Shown: positions 6,510-14,270 of the stretch, piece after piece
Layout of the letters: each line of letters begins with the position of its first letter
How positions within the stretch are numbered: position 1 is the first letter of the stretch
Assembly (NCBI GenBank): GCA_017303955.1
Contig: JAFLBC010000021.1
Location: 1 to 15,809 of the forward strand
Reading direction: 5' to 3'
Length of the DNA stretch: 15,809 nucleotides
Source of the DNA: Acidobacteriota bacterium
Lineage (GTDB): Bacteria > Acidobacteriota > Blastocatellia > Chloracidobacteriales > JADJPF01
Notes under the pieces: model-generated
Databases searched by the model: none
The model's input: the letters and a program-made list of their open reading frames with translations, nothing else
Told to the model about the DNA's origin: nothing
Translations under genes and position numbers: made by a program

Positions 6510-8363
6510 ATGGCAAAAGATTTTACTATTCGTCGATCTGATGGCACAGAAATAAAAGTTGCTGGCTATAAATTTGCGGCCCCAAATCCTAATGTTAAAA
6601 AATATGCTGGAAAAAAATATGGGGATTCAGAACTTCCTGCCAAAGTAGATTTACGTGAATATATGACTAAAGTAGAAAACCAGGGTAACACTAGTAGTTG
6701 TGTTGCAAATGCTGTAGCAGGTGCTTACGAATATTTAGTTAAACGCTATAAGGGTAAAAACTCATATGATGTAAGTAGGCTTTTTATTTACTATAATGCG
6801 CGTAAATTACAAGGTTGGGAAAATCAAGACGAAGGTTCTTTTATTGCTGATGCTGTAGAAGGGTTAAAAAAATGGGGTGCTTGTTCAGAAGACACTTGGC
6901 CGTTTGATGAAGATATAGTCAATAAAAAACCGGCAGAAAAAGCCTACAAAGAAGCAAAGAATTTTTTAGTAGAAGATGTAAAACTTGTTCCGCTTACCCT
7001 TCATGATTGGAAACATGCTTTAGCAGAAGGTAATCCAATTATTTTTGGTATTTCACTTTATGAATCTTTTGACTCACACAGAAGAAAAGGTCTTGTTCCA
7101 ATGCCGTCCAAAAAGGAAGCATCCCGTGAAGATCATGGAGGGCATGCAATGCTTTGTGTGGGCTATTCTGATGCTGATAGAACTTTTATTGTCCGTAATT
7201 CCTGGGGTAGAAGTTGGGGAGATAAAGGTTATTGCTATATTCCTTATGATTATCTAATTAATGAAAAATTTAATGATGCTGATAGCTGGATTATTAAGCG
7301 ATTAGATAATTTTCCTGATGGAGATCAAGAAGGTTGGGGAGAAGAAGAAAGTGTTATAGAAGAATCTAATACAGAATTCTCCAAAATGACAGATGAAGAA
7401 TACACAGATATGCTTGATGCAATGGGGCCATATCATATTGAATATCGGGTAGCACTGGTTTTAATGCGCGTAATGGGTATAAATAAATCTACTACTCCAG
7501 CTAAATTACAAGAACTAATTACTTCTGTAGACAAACTTCTTACTCAGCTAGGAATTAATGTAAATGCAGAAAAATTAGTTATGAACAGTCTTAATAATGT
7601 TGATAATAATGATTTATTGCGTGAATCCATTGGGCTGCTAGCAAAATATCTGTCTCAAACTATTTTATCTCAACTTAGTGCTGGAACGTTAATCGCTCAA
7701 TTAGGTTTAAGTCAATCTACACATGATTTAATTAAATATGGTTTATCAGAATTAGGAGGCGATTCTTTAATAACAAGTGCTATGGATTGGTTAGGGAATA
7801 TGTTTTCTGATAGCGTTGTAAAAGAAAATAAACAACTTAATACAAATACTAATTCTAGTTCTGATAATACTGATAGTTCTGCTAGCTTGGATGAAACGTC
7901 TGAAGATGAAGTAGAAAGTGAAGATGAAGATATAAGCGAAGATTCTGATGAGGACGAAGAATACGAAGATGATGATGGTGATGATGATGATGGTGATGAT
8001 GATGATGGTGATGATGACGAAGAGGAATATGAAGAAGACGACGATGATGGCGATGATGATGGTGATGACGAGGAAGACGAGGAAGAGGAATATGAAGACG
8101 ATGATGGCGATGATGACGATGATGATGGTGAGGATGAAGAAGACGACGATGATGGCGATGATGGCGATGATGGCGATGATGACGATGATGATGGCGACGA
8201 GGAAGACGACGAGGAAGACGACGAGGAAGACGACGAAGAAGACGACGATGATGGCGATGATGATGACGATGATGATGGCGATGATGATGGCGATGATGAT
8301 GGCGATGAAGAGGAAGAAGAAAAACCAAGTAAGAATAGCAACAGAAAAAAGAGTAGGTGGTAA
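6510..8363 (+). CDS. Papain-family (C1A) cysteine peptidase with a C-terminal helical domain and about 160-residue poly-Asp/Glu tail; no signal peptide or I29 prodomain
   Basis: 617 aa. The oxyanion Gln and catalytic Cys are in ENQGNTSSCVANAVAG, with the same Q-to-C spacing as papain Q19/C25. The His and Asn are in DHGGHAMLCVGYSD...IVRNSWGRSWGDKGYCYIPYD, which matches the papain NSWGxxWGxxGY block. An AGGAG lies 15 nt upstream of the ATG. The N-terminal 45 aa are hydrophilic and are not a signal peptide. Residues about 450-600 are D/E/G/Y only and end KPSKNSNRKKSRW. Confidence 0.8.
   Translation: MAKDFTIRRSDGTEIKVAGYKFAAPNPNVKKYAGKKYGDSELPAKVDLREYMTKVENQGNTSSCVANAVAGAYEYLVKRYKGKNSYDVSRLFIYYNARKLQGWENQDEGSFIADAVEGLKKWGACSEDTWPFDEDIVNKKPAEKAYKEAKNFLVEDVKLVPLTLHDWKHALAEGNPIIFGISLYESFDSHRRKGLVPMPSKKEASREDHGGHAMLCVGYSDADRTFIVRNSWGRSWGDKGYCYIPYDYLINEKFNDADSWIIKRLDNFPDGDQEGWGEEESVIEESNTEFSKMTDEEYTDMLDAMGPYHIEYRVALVLMRVMGINKSTTPAKLQELITSVDKLLTQLGINVNAEKLVMNSLNNVDNNDLLRESIGLLAKYLSQTILSQLSAGTLIAQLGLSQSTHDLIKYGLSELGGDSLITSAMDWLGNMFSDSVVKENKQLNTNTNSSSDNTDSSASLDETSEDEVESEDEDISEDSDEDEEYEDDDGDDDDGDDDDGDDDEEEYEEDDDDGDDDGDDEEDEEEEYEDDDGDDDDDDGEDEEDDDDGDDGDDGDDDDDDGDEEDDEEDDEEDDEEDDDDGDDDDDDDGDDDGDDDGDEEEEEKPSKNSNRKKSRW
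7900..8330 (+). repeat. Cryptic GAT/GAC/GAA/GAG-rich coding microsatellite-like tract encoding the poly-acidic tail, with a recurring (EEYEDDDGDDDD) unit
   Basis: About 430 nt composed almost entirely of GAN codons with periodic GGC/GGT and TAT/TAC. The other five reading frames translate as poly-Ser, poly-His/Arg and poly-Met artefact ORFs. Confidence 0.8.
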
Positions 8364-8398
8364 AATTTTAAACTAAAAATTTCTTATAAAATCTGAAG

Positions 8399-8425
8399 AT
8401 AAGCGGCTAACAAATAGCCGCTTAT
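8399..8425. terminator. Bidirectional intrinsic terminator hairpin between convergent genes
   Basis: A perfect 11-bp stem ATAAGCGGCTA / TAGCCGCTTAT with a 5-nt loop ACAAA. A T-rich tract (TTTCAATTTT) follows on the plus strand, and A-rich sequence on the minus side. It lies 36 nt after the protease stop and 2 nt after the lipoprotein stop. Confidence 0.7.
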
Positions 8426-8426
8426 T

Positions 8427-9461
8427 TCAATTTTGGCTGGAAGAATTAGTAAAACTAGAAGTATCTAAATTGCCTGAGCGGATTTCTTCAGAAATATTAT
8501 TAAATTTTTCTATTTGTTCAGGTGTAAGATGATTTCGGAAAGGTGCAAAATTAAATATATCTTCTCTTAAACCAAATTTATATTGTTTGCCTTCCCATCT
8601 GCCCTGTTGAACTAGGGTTGCGGCTCTTAATATTAGATTAGAACTATCATTAATTACACTAGTGATTACTTTTCCTGGAGCAACATCATGTTGATCTTGA
8701 TCACGCCCTATAATTAACACTTGAGGGTATTTAGCTATTTCTTTTATTGCTGTAACGCCGGGATGATCAGTATTTATTGAAATAATATCAACCCCTTGAC
8801 TAACAAGCTCTAAAGCTGTTTGAGTTGCTTTATTTGGATCAATCCATGTGTGTAAGTACCTAATGCTTACTTTAATATTTGGGTCAACAGATTTTGCAGC
8901 TTTTTCAAAAAATACGGCTTCTTCTACATATTGAGGGAAATCATCTCCAACCATATAAGCTATATGTTTGGTTTTAGTCTTCATTCCAGCTATTAAGCCT
9001 GTTAAATAACCCATTTCTCCAAAGCGAAAAGTAATTGCTCCTAAATTACTGTTATTACCAGAGTAAAAGCCATTAACAGCAAATTTAGTGCGGGGAAATT
9101 CTTTAGCTACAATTTGGGCAGGTTCAACATATTCTCCTCCATGTAAAATAACAAAATCATAACCTTGTACTGCGTATTTTCTTGCTTCTGTAACAGCAGT
9201 TTCAGCAGTAACATTTTCTGTGTAAGAAATATTAGCCTTAAGTTTTTCTTCTACTAGTTTTATTGCCTCATAGCCTGCTTGATTCCATGAGTGATCATCA
9301 ATAGAACCAGCTAATAAAATTGCAACTCTAAAATCTGAATAAGTTTTAGCATCTTTAACATCTTCAATATCTATGTTACAGCCTAACAAATTGATGAGTG
9401 TAACAATTAAAAAAAATATAGCTAAAACGGTAAAATTTTTTCTAAAACCTACTAGATTCAT
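8427..9461 (-). CDS. BMP-family (PnrA/Med-like) ABC-transporter substrate-binding lipoprotein
   Basis: 344 aa. The N-terminal signal peptide carries a lipobox (FLIVTLINLLGC-N). The body matches the basic-membrane-protein/nucleoside-binding family: FRVAILLAGSIDDHSWNQAGYEAI, FVILHGGEYVEP, and IAYMVGDDFPQYVEE. Confidence 0.8.
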   Translation of the reverse strand: MNLVGFRKNFTVLAIFFLIVTLINLLGCNIDIEDVKDAKTYSDFRVAILLAGSIDDHSWNQAGYEAIKLVEEKLKANISYTENVTAETAVTEARKYAVQGYDFVILHGGEYVEPAQIVAKEFPRTKFAVNGFYSGNNSNLGAITFRFGEMGYLTGLIAGMKTKTKHIAYMVGDDFPQYVEEAVFFEKAAKSVDPNIKVSIRYLHTWIDPNKATQTALELVSQGVDIISINTDHPGVTAIKEIAKYPQVLIIGRDQDQHDVAPGKVITSVINDSSNLILRAATLVQQGRWEGKQYKFGLREDIFNFAPFRNHLTPEQIEKFNNISEEIRSGNLDTSSFTNSSSQN

Positions 9462-9623
9462 AAATTAAGCCTTGATTAAATAGTTTGTGACAAAAGCATA
9501 CAACACAGAAAACATATCAACAACATGATAAAAAAACTATGATATTATGCCTTTTATTGATATTTTGAGATAGTTCTATAGTCTTGATGCTGAAGGATTT
9601 TTATTAGGATAATTATCTAGCGA
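9462..9623. promoter_or_regulatory. Divergent promoter region (lipoprotein on minus, signalling operon on plus)
   Basis: 162-nt AT-rich non-coding spacer between divergent genes. I found no tRNA-like sequence in it, and no confident -35/-10 assignment. Confidence 0.3.
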
Positions 9624-11612
9624 ATGAAAAAAGATTCTTTATTGAAACATAAAAAATTAAATACTAATAAGCTTGCCTGGTATGAGTTTTCTATTGCAAC
9701 ACAACTTAGATATGGGTTAGCACTTTCGGTTGTGCTTAGTATATTAATAACAGGAGGATTTTTAATTTATTATAGTTTTCAAGTTCTTTTAAGAGAAACT
9801 AACAAATTGCAAAAAGAACATAGCCGGGTTGCAGCCGAGACAATTGATTCTTATATAGACGATCTTCAAAGAAAACTTAGTTATTTAGCACGTGTAAAGG
9901 GTTTAACCAATCTACCGCAAGCTGAAAAACAAAATCTGCTAGAAGCTTTAACCCGTCATAATGCAGCATATGAAATGGTGGCAATTCTTGATAGTCAAGG
10001 ACAAGTTTTAGCAACTATTTCACCTTATGGCACACCTACGCCAACTACTTTTGCTGATACCCAATTATTTTTACGTACTTTTAAGAAACAGGAAGAATAT
10101 GTTGAATATGTTAGCTTTGATAAGGATGTTAATCAGCTAGTTACTACTTTTGCTGTACCAATTCATAATTTAGAAGATAAAGTTGATGGAGTTCTTTTAG
10201 CAAAAGTTAATCTTAAATTCCTTAATTTTATTGTTTCCCAAACTGATGTAGGAAAAACAGGCTATGCCTATGTTGTAGATGAGAGAAACAAGTTAATTGC
10301 TAAACGTGGTAGTAGTCAAAGTGTATTTAATTTAGAAGATGTTTCAAATCTAGCATTTATTAAAGAACGCTCTATGCTACAAGCTAAATCCTTAAATGTT
10401 TATAAAGGGCTTAAAGGTGTAGAGGTTTTAGGGGCAATTGCTCCTGTTAGAAGTGTATCTTGGTTGGTTGTAGTTGAACTACCAACAATGGAAGCCTACC
10501 AACCTATTTATAATATGATACTTACAATGACGATTAGCTTAATGGTAATAATTATAGTAGTTATTATATTAGGTTTTCTTTTTTCTAAAAGAATTGTTTC
10601 ACCATTTCAACGTTTAACAATGGCTGCTGCACAAATTAGTGATGGAAACTTAAATATCCAAGTTAATATCAAAGCTAATAATGAGTTAGGAATCCTGTCA
10701 AAAGCTTTTAATGATATGGTCTTTCAATTAAAAGAATCTTTTGAAGCTTTAGAGAAAACTAACCAAACATTAGAAATTCGTGTACAAGAGCGAACAACAG
10801 AGCTAGAAGTAGCTAATAAGCAAATTTTAGAGCTTAACGAACGTCTTAAGGCTGATAATTTAAGAATGAGTGCGGAATTAGATGTAACAAGACAATTACA
10901 ACAGATGATTTTACCTAAAGAACAAGAACTAATCCAACTAGCAGATTTAGATATTGCAGGGTTTATGGAACCGGCTGATGAGGTTGGAGGGGATTATTAT
11001 GACGTTGTTAAACAAGGTAATAAAATTAGAATGGGTATAGGTGATGTTACTGGGCATGGTTTAGAAAGCGGGGTAGTTATGATAATGGCACAAACAGCAA
11101 TTCGTACCCTGCTAGCTAATGATGAGAAAGACCCTATTAAATTCTTAAATTCAGTAAATAAAGTAATTTATGATAATACTAGACGTATGAAAAGCCATAA
11201 AAACATGACGCTAGCATTGCTTGAATATGAAGAAGGAATGCTACGTCTTAGCGGACAACATGAAGATCTAGTGATTTTACGTAGTAATGGTGAAATAGAA
11301 CAAATAGACACTTTTGAGCTAGGTTTTCCCCTTGGTATTGAATCAGACATTAAAGCTTATGTAGCACAAACAGACATTAAACTAAATCCAGAAGAAATAG
11401 CTGTACTTTATACAGATGGCCTAATAGAGGCCGTAAATCAGCAAAATGAGATGTATGGTTTAAGTCGTTTATTTCAAGTAATAAAAGAAAGCTCTCATTT
11501 ATCAGCAAATCAAATATGTAGCCAAATAATTGAAAACTTAAAAAAACATGTTGGTAAACAAAAGGTATATGATGATATAACTTTGTTAGTTATAAAGCGT
11601 AAAAAAGCTTAA
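9624..11612 (+). CDS. Membrane sensor serine phosphatase: 2TM periplasmic Cache-like domain, HAMP, coiled coil, PP2C/SpoIIE domain (SiaA/RsbU-like)
   Basis: 662 aa. TM1 is at about aa 31-52 and TM2 at about aa 297-320 (ILTMTISLMVIIIVVIILGFLF), flanking a periplasmic domain of about 245 aa. HAMP is at about aa 321-372. The PP2C motifs are DIAGFMEPADEVGGDYYD, GIGDVTGHGLESG and YTDGLIEA. Confidence 0.8.
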   Translation: MKKDSLLKHKKLNTNKLAWYEFSIATQLRYGLALSVVLSILITGGFLIYYSFQVLLRETNKLQKEHSRVAAETIDSYIDDLQRKLSYLARVKGLTNLPQAEKQNLLEALTRHNAAYEMVAILDSQGQVLATISPYGTPTPTTFADTQLFLRTFKKQEEYVEYVSFDKDVNQLVTTFAVPIHNLEDKVDGVLLAKVNLKFLNFIVSQTDVGKTGYAYVVDERNKLIAKRGSSQSVFNLEDVSNLAFIKERSMLQAKSLNVYKGLKGVEVLGAIAPVRSVSWLVVVELPTMEAYQPIYNMILTMTISLMVIIIVVIILGFLFSKRIVSPFQRLTMAAAQISDGNLNIQVNIKANNELGILSKAFNDMVFQLKESFEALEKTNQTLEIRVQERTTELEVANKQILELNERLKADNLRMSAELDVTRQLQQMILPKEQELIQLADLDIAGFMEPADEVGGDYYDVVKQGNKIRMGIGDVTGHGLESGVVMIMAQTAIRTLLANDEKDPIKFLNSVNKVIYDNTRRMKSHKNMTLALLEYEEGMLRLSGQHEDLVILRSNGEIEQIDTFELGFPLGIESDIKAYVAQTDIKLNPEEIAVLYTDGLIEAVNQQNEMYGLSRLFQVIKESSHLSANQICSQIIENLKKHVGKQKVYDDITLLVIKRKKA

Positions 11613-11638
11613 TTATTTTTAAGAAAGATGGAAAGATT

Positions 11639-12223
11639 ATGGAAGTAAATACAGAGATTTTTGGAGATTATTACGGTCAAGACTCAGATTCTCAGGAATA
11701 TTTAATCATAAACTTTTCGCCTAGTTCTATCCCTCGTAATAGCCGTTGGCGCAATAATGGAATATCGGCTGACTTTTTAGGAGATTATTTTGCTACTTTT
11801 TTTCCAGGTGATGAAATTCCTGGCTCTAAAATAGGTAAACAAGAAACAATAAAAAGTTCTGTTAGTTTTATTGCTAATGAGCTTTTAGAAAATGCAATGA
11901 AATATAGTTTGGTCAATACTAACTTACCAGTAAGTATTGCACTGTATATGTATAATGAAAAAATAGTCTTTATGGTGACAAATCATATTAGTTTAGAATC
12001 ATCAGAGAACTATAAAACTTATATTAAAGAGCTACTTAGCTCTGACATGGATGAAATGTTTACTAAACAGTTAATAAAAGCAAGCTCAGAAGGTAATAGT
12101 TCAGGAATTGGGCTACTTACAATAATTAATGATTATGGAGCAAAACCAGGCTGGAAATTTGAAAAATTGCTTAATCCAGTAGATGTGGTTAAACTAACAA
12201 TTACTATTCAGTTAGAGGTGTAA
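11639..12223 (+). CDS. Small GHKL-fold (HATPase-like) serine/threonine kinase of partner-switching systems (SiaB/RsbW-like)
   Basis: 194 aa. An N-box-like ANELLENAMKY and a G2-like NSSGIGLLTIIN are present. It lies 26 nt after the PP2C gene and 7 nt before a DUF1987-like gene. The family assignment rests on motif-level inference. Confidence 0.5.
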   Translation: MEVNTEIFGDYYGQDSDSQEYLIINFSPSSIPRNSRWRNNGISADFLGDYFATFFPGDEIPGSKIGKQETIKSSVSFIANELLENAMKYSLVNTNLPVSIALYMYNEKIVFMVTNHISLESSENYKTYIKELLSSDMDEMFTKQLIKASSEGNSSGIGLLTIINDYGAKPGWKFEKLLNPVDVVKLTITIQLEV

Positions 12224-12230
12224 AAAGCTT

Positions 12231-12572
12231 ATGGAGATTAAGACAGCAGATTATTATGTTCGCTATGATGAAAACTTAGCTACTATCTTTTTTGGTGGGT
12301 TTCTTAGATTAGAAGGTGTGGACGCTTACAAAGAAATACTAGATTTATGTGTTAATGTATTTGATAAACAAAAGCAAATATCTATGAATCTTACAGATCT
12401 ACAATTTCTTAATAGCTCTGGTATTAGTATGTTTTCTATGTTTGTATTAAAAATACGTGATCTTGGAGATGCTAAACTAACTATACAAGGGTCAGAGAAA
12501 ATTTTATGGCAAACAAAATCACTAAAAAACTTAAAACGCTTAATGCCTAGTATGACACTAGAATTTATCTAA
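12231..12572 (+). CDS. DUF1987/SiaC-like phospho-switch protein (STAS-like partner-switching component)
   Basis: 113 aa. A GAGGTG Shine-Dalgarno sequence lies 10 nt upstream. TIFFGGFLRLEGVDAYKEILDLC fits the DUF1987 N-terminal pattern (tLeisGeSyPEnaxefYxPvlewl). LQFLNSSGISMFSMF fits the phosphosite region YxNTSSxK of SiaC (Thr68 in P. aeruginosa). A conserved Trp lies near the C-terminus (ILWQTK). Confidence 0.55.
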   Translation: MEIKTADYYVRYDENLATIFFGGFLRLEGVDAYKEILDLCVNVFDKQKQISMNLTDLQFLNSSGISMFSMFVLKIRDLGDAKLTIQGSEKILWQTKSLKNLKRLMPSMTLEFI

Positions 12573-12577
12573 ATTTT

Positions 12578-14254
12578 ATGAGTACATTTGACAACCCTAC
12601 AGGTCAAGACCTTAAGCTATTAGAGCAAATAGAAGTATTAAATAAAGAATTAGCATTGCTAAGAAAAACTAACCAAGATCTCCAAATTCAATTAGAAATG
12701 ACAATTGAACATGGGGATGCAGTCGAAGACCAACTTCATAGTGAGATCCAAGAACGTCATCGCGCAGAAGCAGCACTCCAATCAATCCTAGAAATAGTCT
12801 CAAAAAAAAATATGGATCTTGAAATTATTCTTGAAACTACAGCAGAGCATGGCGATCTTATAGAAAATGAATTACGCAAAACTAGTGAAGCTAAAACGGC
12901 CTTTTTATCAAACTTAAGCCATGAATTACGTAGCCCACTTAATACGATTATTGGATTTGCTCAATTAATGAGCCGAGATAAATATCTTAAACAAGAACAC
13001 CATGAGACTTTACACACCATAATGCGTAGCGGGGAACATTTGCTTAATTTAATAAATGATGTGCTTTCTTTAGCAAAAATTGAGTCTGGAAAACTAACTT
13101 TAAGCAAGCGTCTTTTTAATACCAAAGAGCTACTTAGCAGTATTTATAATATGTTTAGGCTAAGAGCAGAAACAAAAGCCACAGAATTAAAATTTGATAT
13201 ATCTGAGAAATTTCCAACATTTGTTTTTGGCGATGAGGGCAAATTACAGCAAGTGCTGATAAATTTGCTCTCTAATGCTATTAAATTTACTGATCAAGGT
13301 AGTGTAAATCTTTTAGCAGATTGGACTAATGGACAAGCTAAATTTACAATTTCTGATACTGGAATTGGAATAGCAGAACAAGACATAGATTCAATGTTTT
13401 TACCTTTTTTTCAAACTGAAACAGCAAGCAAAATAACTGGTAGCACTGGTCTTGGCCTAGCTATTAGCCGTAGTTTAGTTAAGTTAATGGGTGGAGATAT
13501 AAATGTTACTAGTAGCATTGGTAAGGGGACAACATTTTCTTTTAGCGTTGAAATTACTCCATCCCCAGAAGATGAAAATCTAATGGATGAACGCAAAGTC
13601 TTAAGACTAGCAGACGATAGCCACAAATTTAATATTTTAGTTGTAGATAACAACTTAGAACATCAGCTTTTGCTATCTCAATTACTAAAATCAGTTAATT
13701 TTCAAGTTGATGTGGCTGATAATGGAAAACAGGCTTTTGATAAATGGCAAAATAATAAATTCCATCTAATTTTTATGGATATCCGAATGCCTGAACTAAA
13801 CGGAGTTGAAACAACTAAGTTAATTCGTGATAGAGAAAAAGCTAAAAATTTACCTCCTATGCCAATCATCGCGCTTTCTGCTAATGTATTTGAGCAGACT
13901 AGAGACACAATGTTTTCAGCCGGATGTAATGATTTTATAAATAAACCTTTTAGAGAAAGTGAGCTTTTTAATAAATTAGCAGAATACTTAGACGTAACTT
14001 ATATTTATGAAGAGCTAAAAGGAAAATCTGGTAAAGAAAAAATACTAATTAAAGAAAGACTACTTAAATTGCCTAAAGAATGGCTAGATAATTTTCGATC
14101 TATGCTAGCAAAAGGTTTTGTAGAAGATGCTAAAGCTTTAGTTAACCAAGAGCGTAGTTTAGACCCAGAATTATTTGATGAACTAGAAACTTTGCTTAAA
14201 AACTACCAATTTGATGAAATTGATAGTATTCTTTCAGATAACTACACTAGCTAA
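12578..14254 (+). CDS. Cytoplasmic hybrid sensor histidine kinase (coiled-coil N-terminus, HisKA, HATPase_c, receiver domain, conserved-looking C-terminal extension)
   Basis: 558 aa with no TM segment and no recognisable sensor domain. The H-box is LSNLSHELRSPLNTI, the N-box LINLLSNAIKFT, G1 ISDTGIGI, and G2 GSTGLGLAISRSLVKLMGG. The receiver is ILVVDNN...FMDIRMPELNG...IIALSA. A tail of about 100 aa (LPKEWLDNFRSMLAKGF...) follows the receiver. Confidence 0.85.
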   Translation: MSTFDNPTGQDLKLLEQIEVLNKELALLRKTNQDLQIQLEMTIEHGDAVEDQLHSEIQERHRAEAALQSILEIVSKKNMDLEIILETTAEHGDLIENELRKTSEAKTAFLSNLSHELRSPLNTIIGFAQLMSRDKYLKQEHHETLHTIMRSGEHLLNLINDVLSLAKIESGKLTLSKRLFNTKELLSSIYNMFRLRAETKATELKFDISEKFPTFVFGDEGKLQQVLINLLSNAIKFTDQGSVNLLADWTNGQAKFTISDTGIGIAEQDIDSMFLPFFQTETASKITGSTGLGLAISRSLVKLMGGDINVTSSIGKGTTFSFSVEITPSPEDENLMDERKVLRLADDSHKFNILVVDNNLEHQLLLSQLLKSVNFQVDVADNGKQAFDKWQNNKFHLIFMDIRMPELNGVETTKLIRDREKAKNLPPMPIIALSANVFEQTRDTMFSAGCNDFINKPFRESELFNKLAEYLDVTYIYEELKGKSGKEKILIKERLLKLPKEWLDNFRSMLAKGFVEDAKALVNQERSLDPELFDELETLLKNYQFDEIDSILSDNYTS

Positions 14255-14270
14255 ATGTTAGGAATTAAGG

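Noticed and set aside
6365-6547. 60-aa minus-strand ORF spanning the dioxygenase/protease junction
   Set aside because: It is antisense to two coding regions, has no RBS, and no similarity to anything recognisable.
7045-7257. 70-aa ORF on the plus strand inside the protease gene
   Set aside because: It is out-of-frame relative to the papain catalytic His/Asn block, which is clearly coding in the main frame.
7882-8328. 148-aa His/Arg-rich ORF on the minus strand
   Set aside because: It is an alternative antisense frame of the same repeat tract. It is a compositional artefact.
7712-8341. 209-aa poly-Ser ORF on the minus strand
   Set aside because: It is the antisense reading of the GAN-codon repeat of the protease tail (TCN = reverse complement of NGA). 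It has no independent start context. The sense frame is contiguous with a well-supported catalytic domain.
7948-8376. 142-aa Met/Thr/Lys-rich ORF on the plus strand
   Set aside because: It is a +1 frame of the acidic repeat (ATG ATG... from GAT GAT). It is an artefact nested inside the protease gene.
9462-9623. Possible tRNA or small RNA in the 162-nt divergent spacer
   Set aside because: It has no cloverleaf-compatible complementarity and no T-loop GTTC-like motif. The composition is plain AT-rich promoter DNA.
11168-11350. 60-aa minus-strand ORF inside the PP2C gene
   Set aside because: It is antisense to the conserved PP2C domain. It is spurious.
13411-13908. Two minus-strand ORFs (80 aa and 68 aa) inside the hybrid histidine kinase gene
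   Set aside because: They are antisense to the HATPase_c and receiver domains, both of which carry unambiguous motifs in the plus frame.
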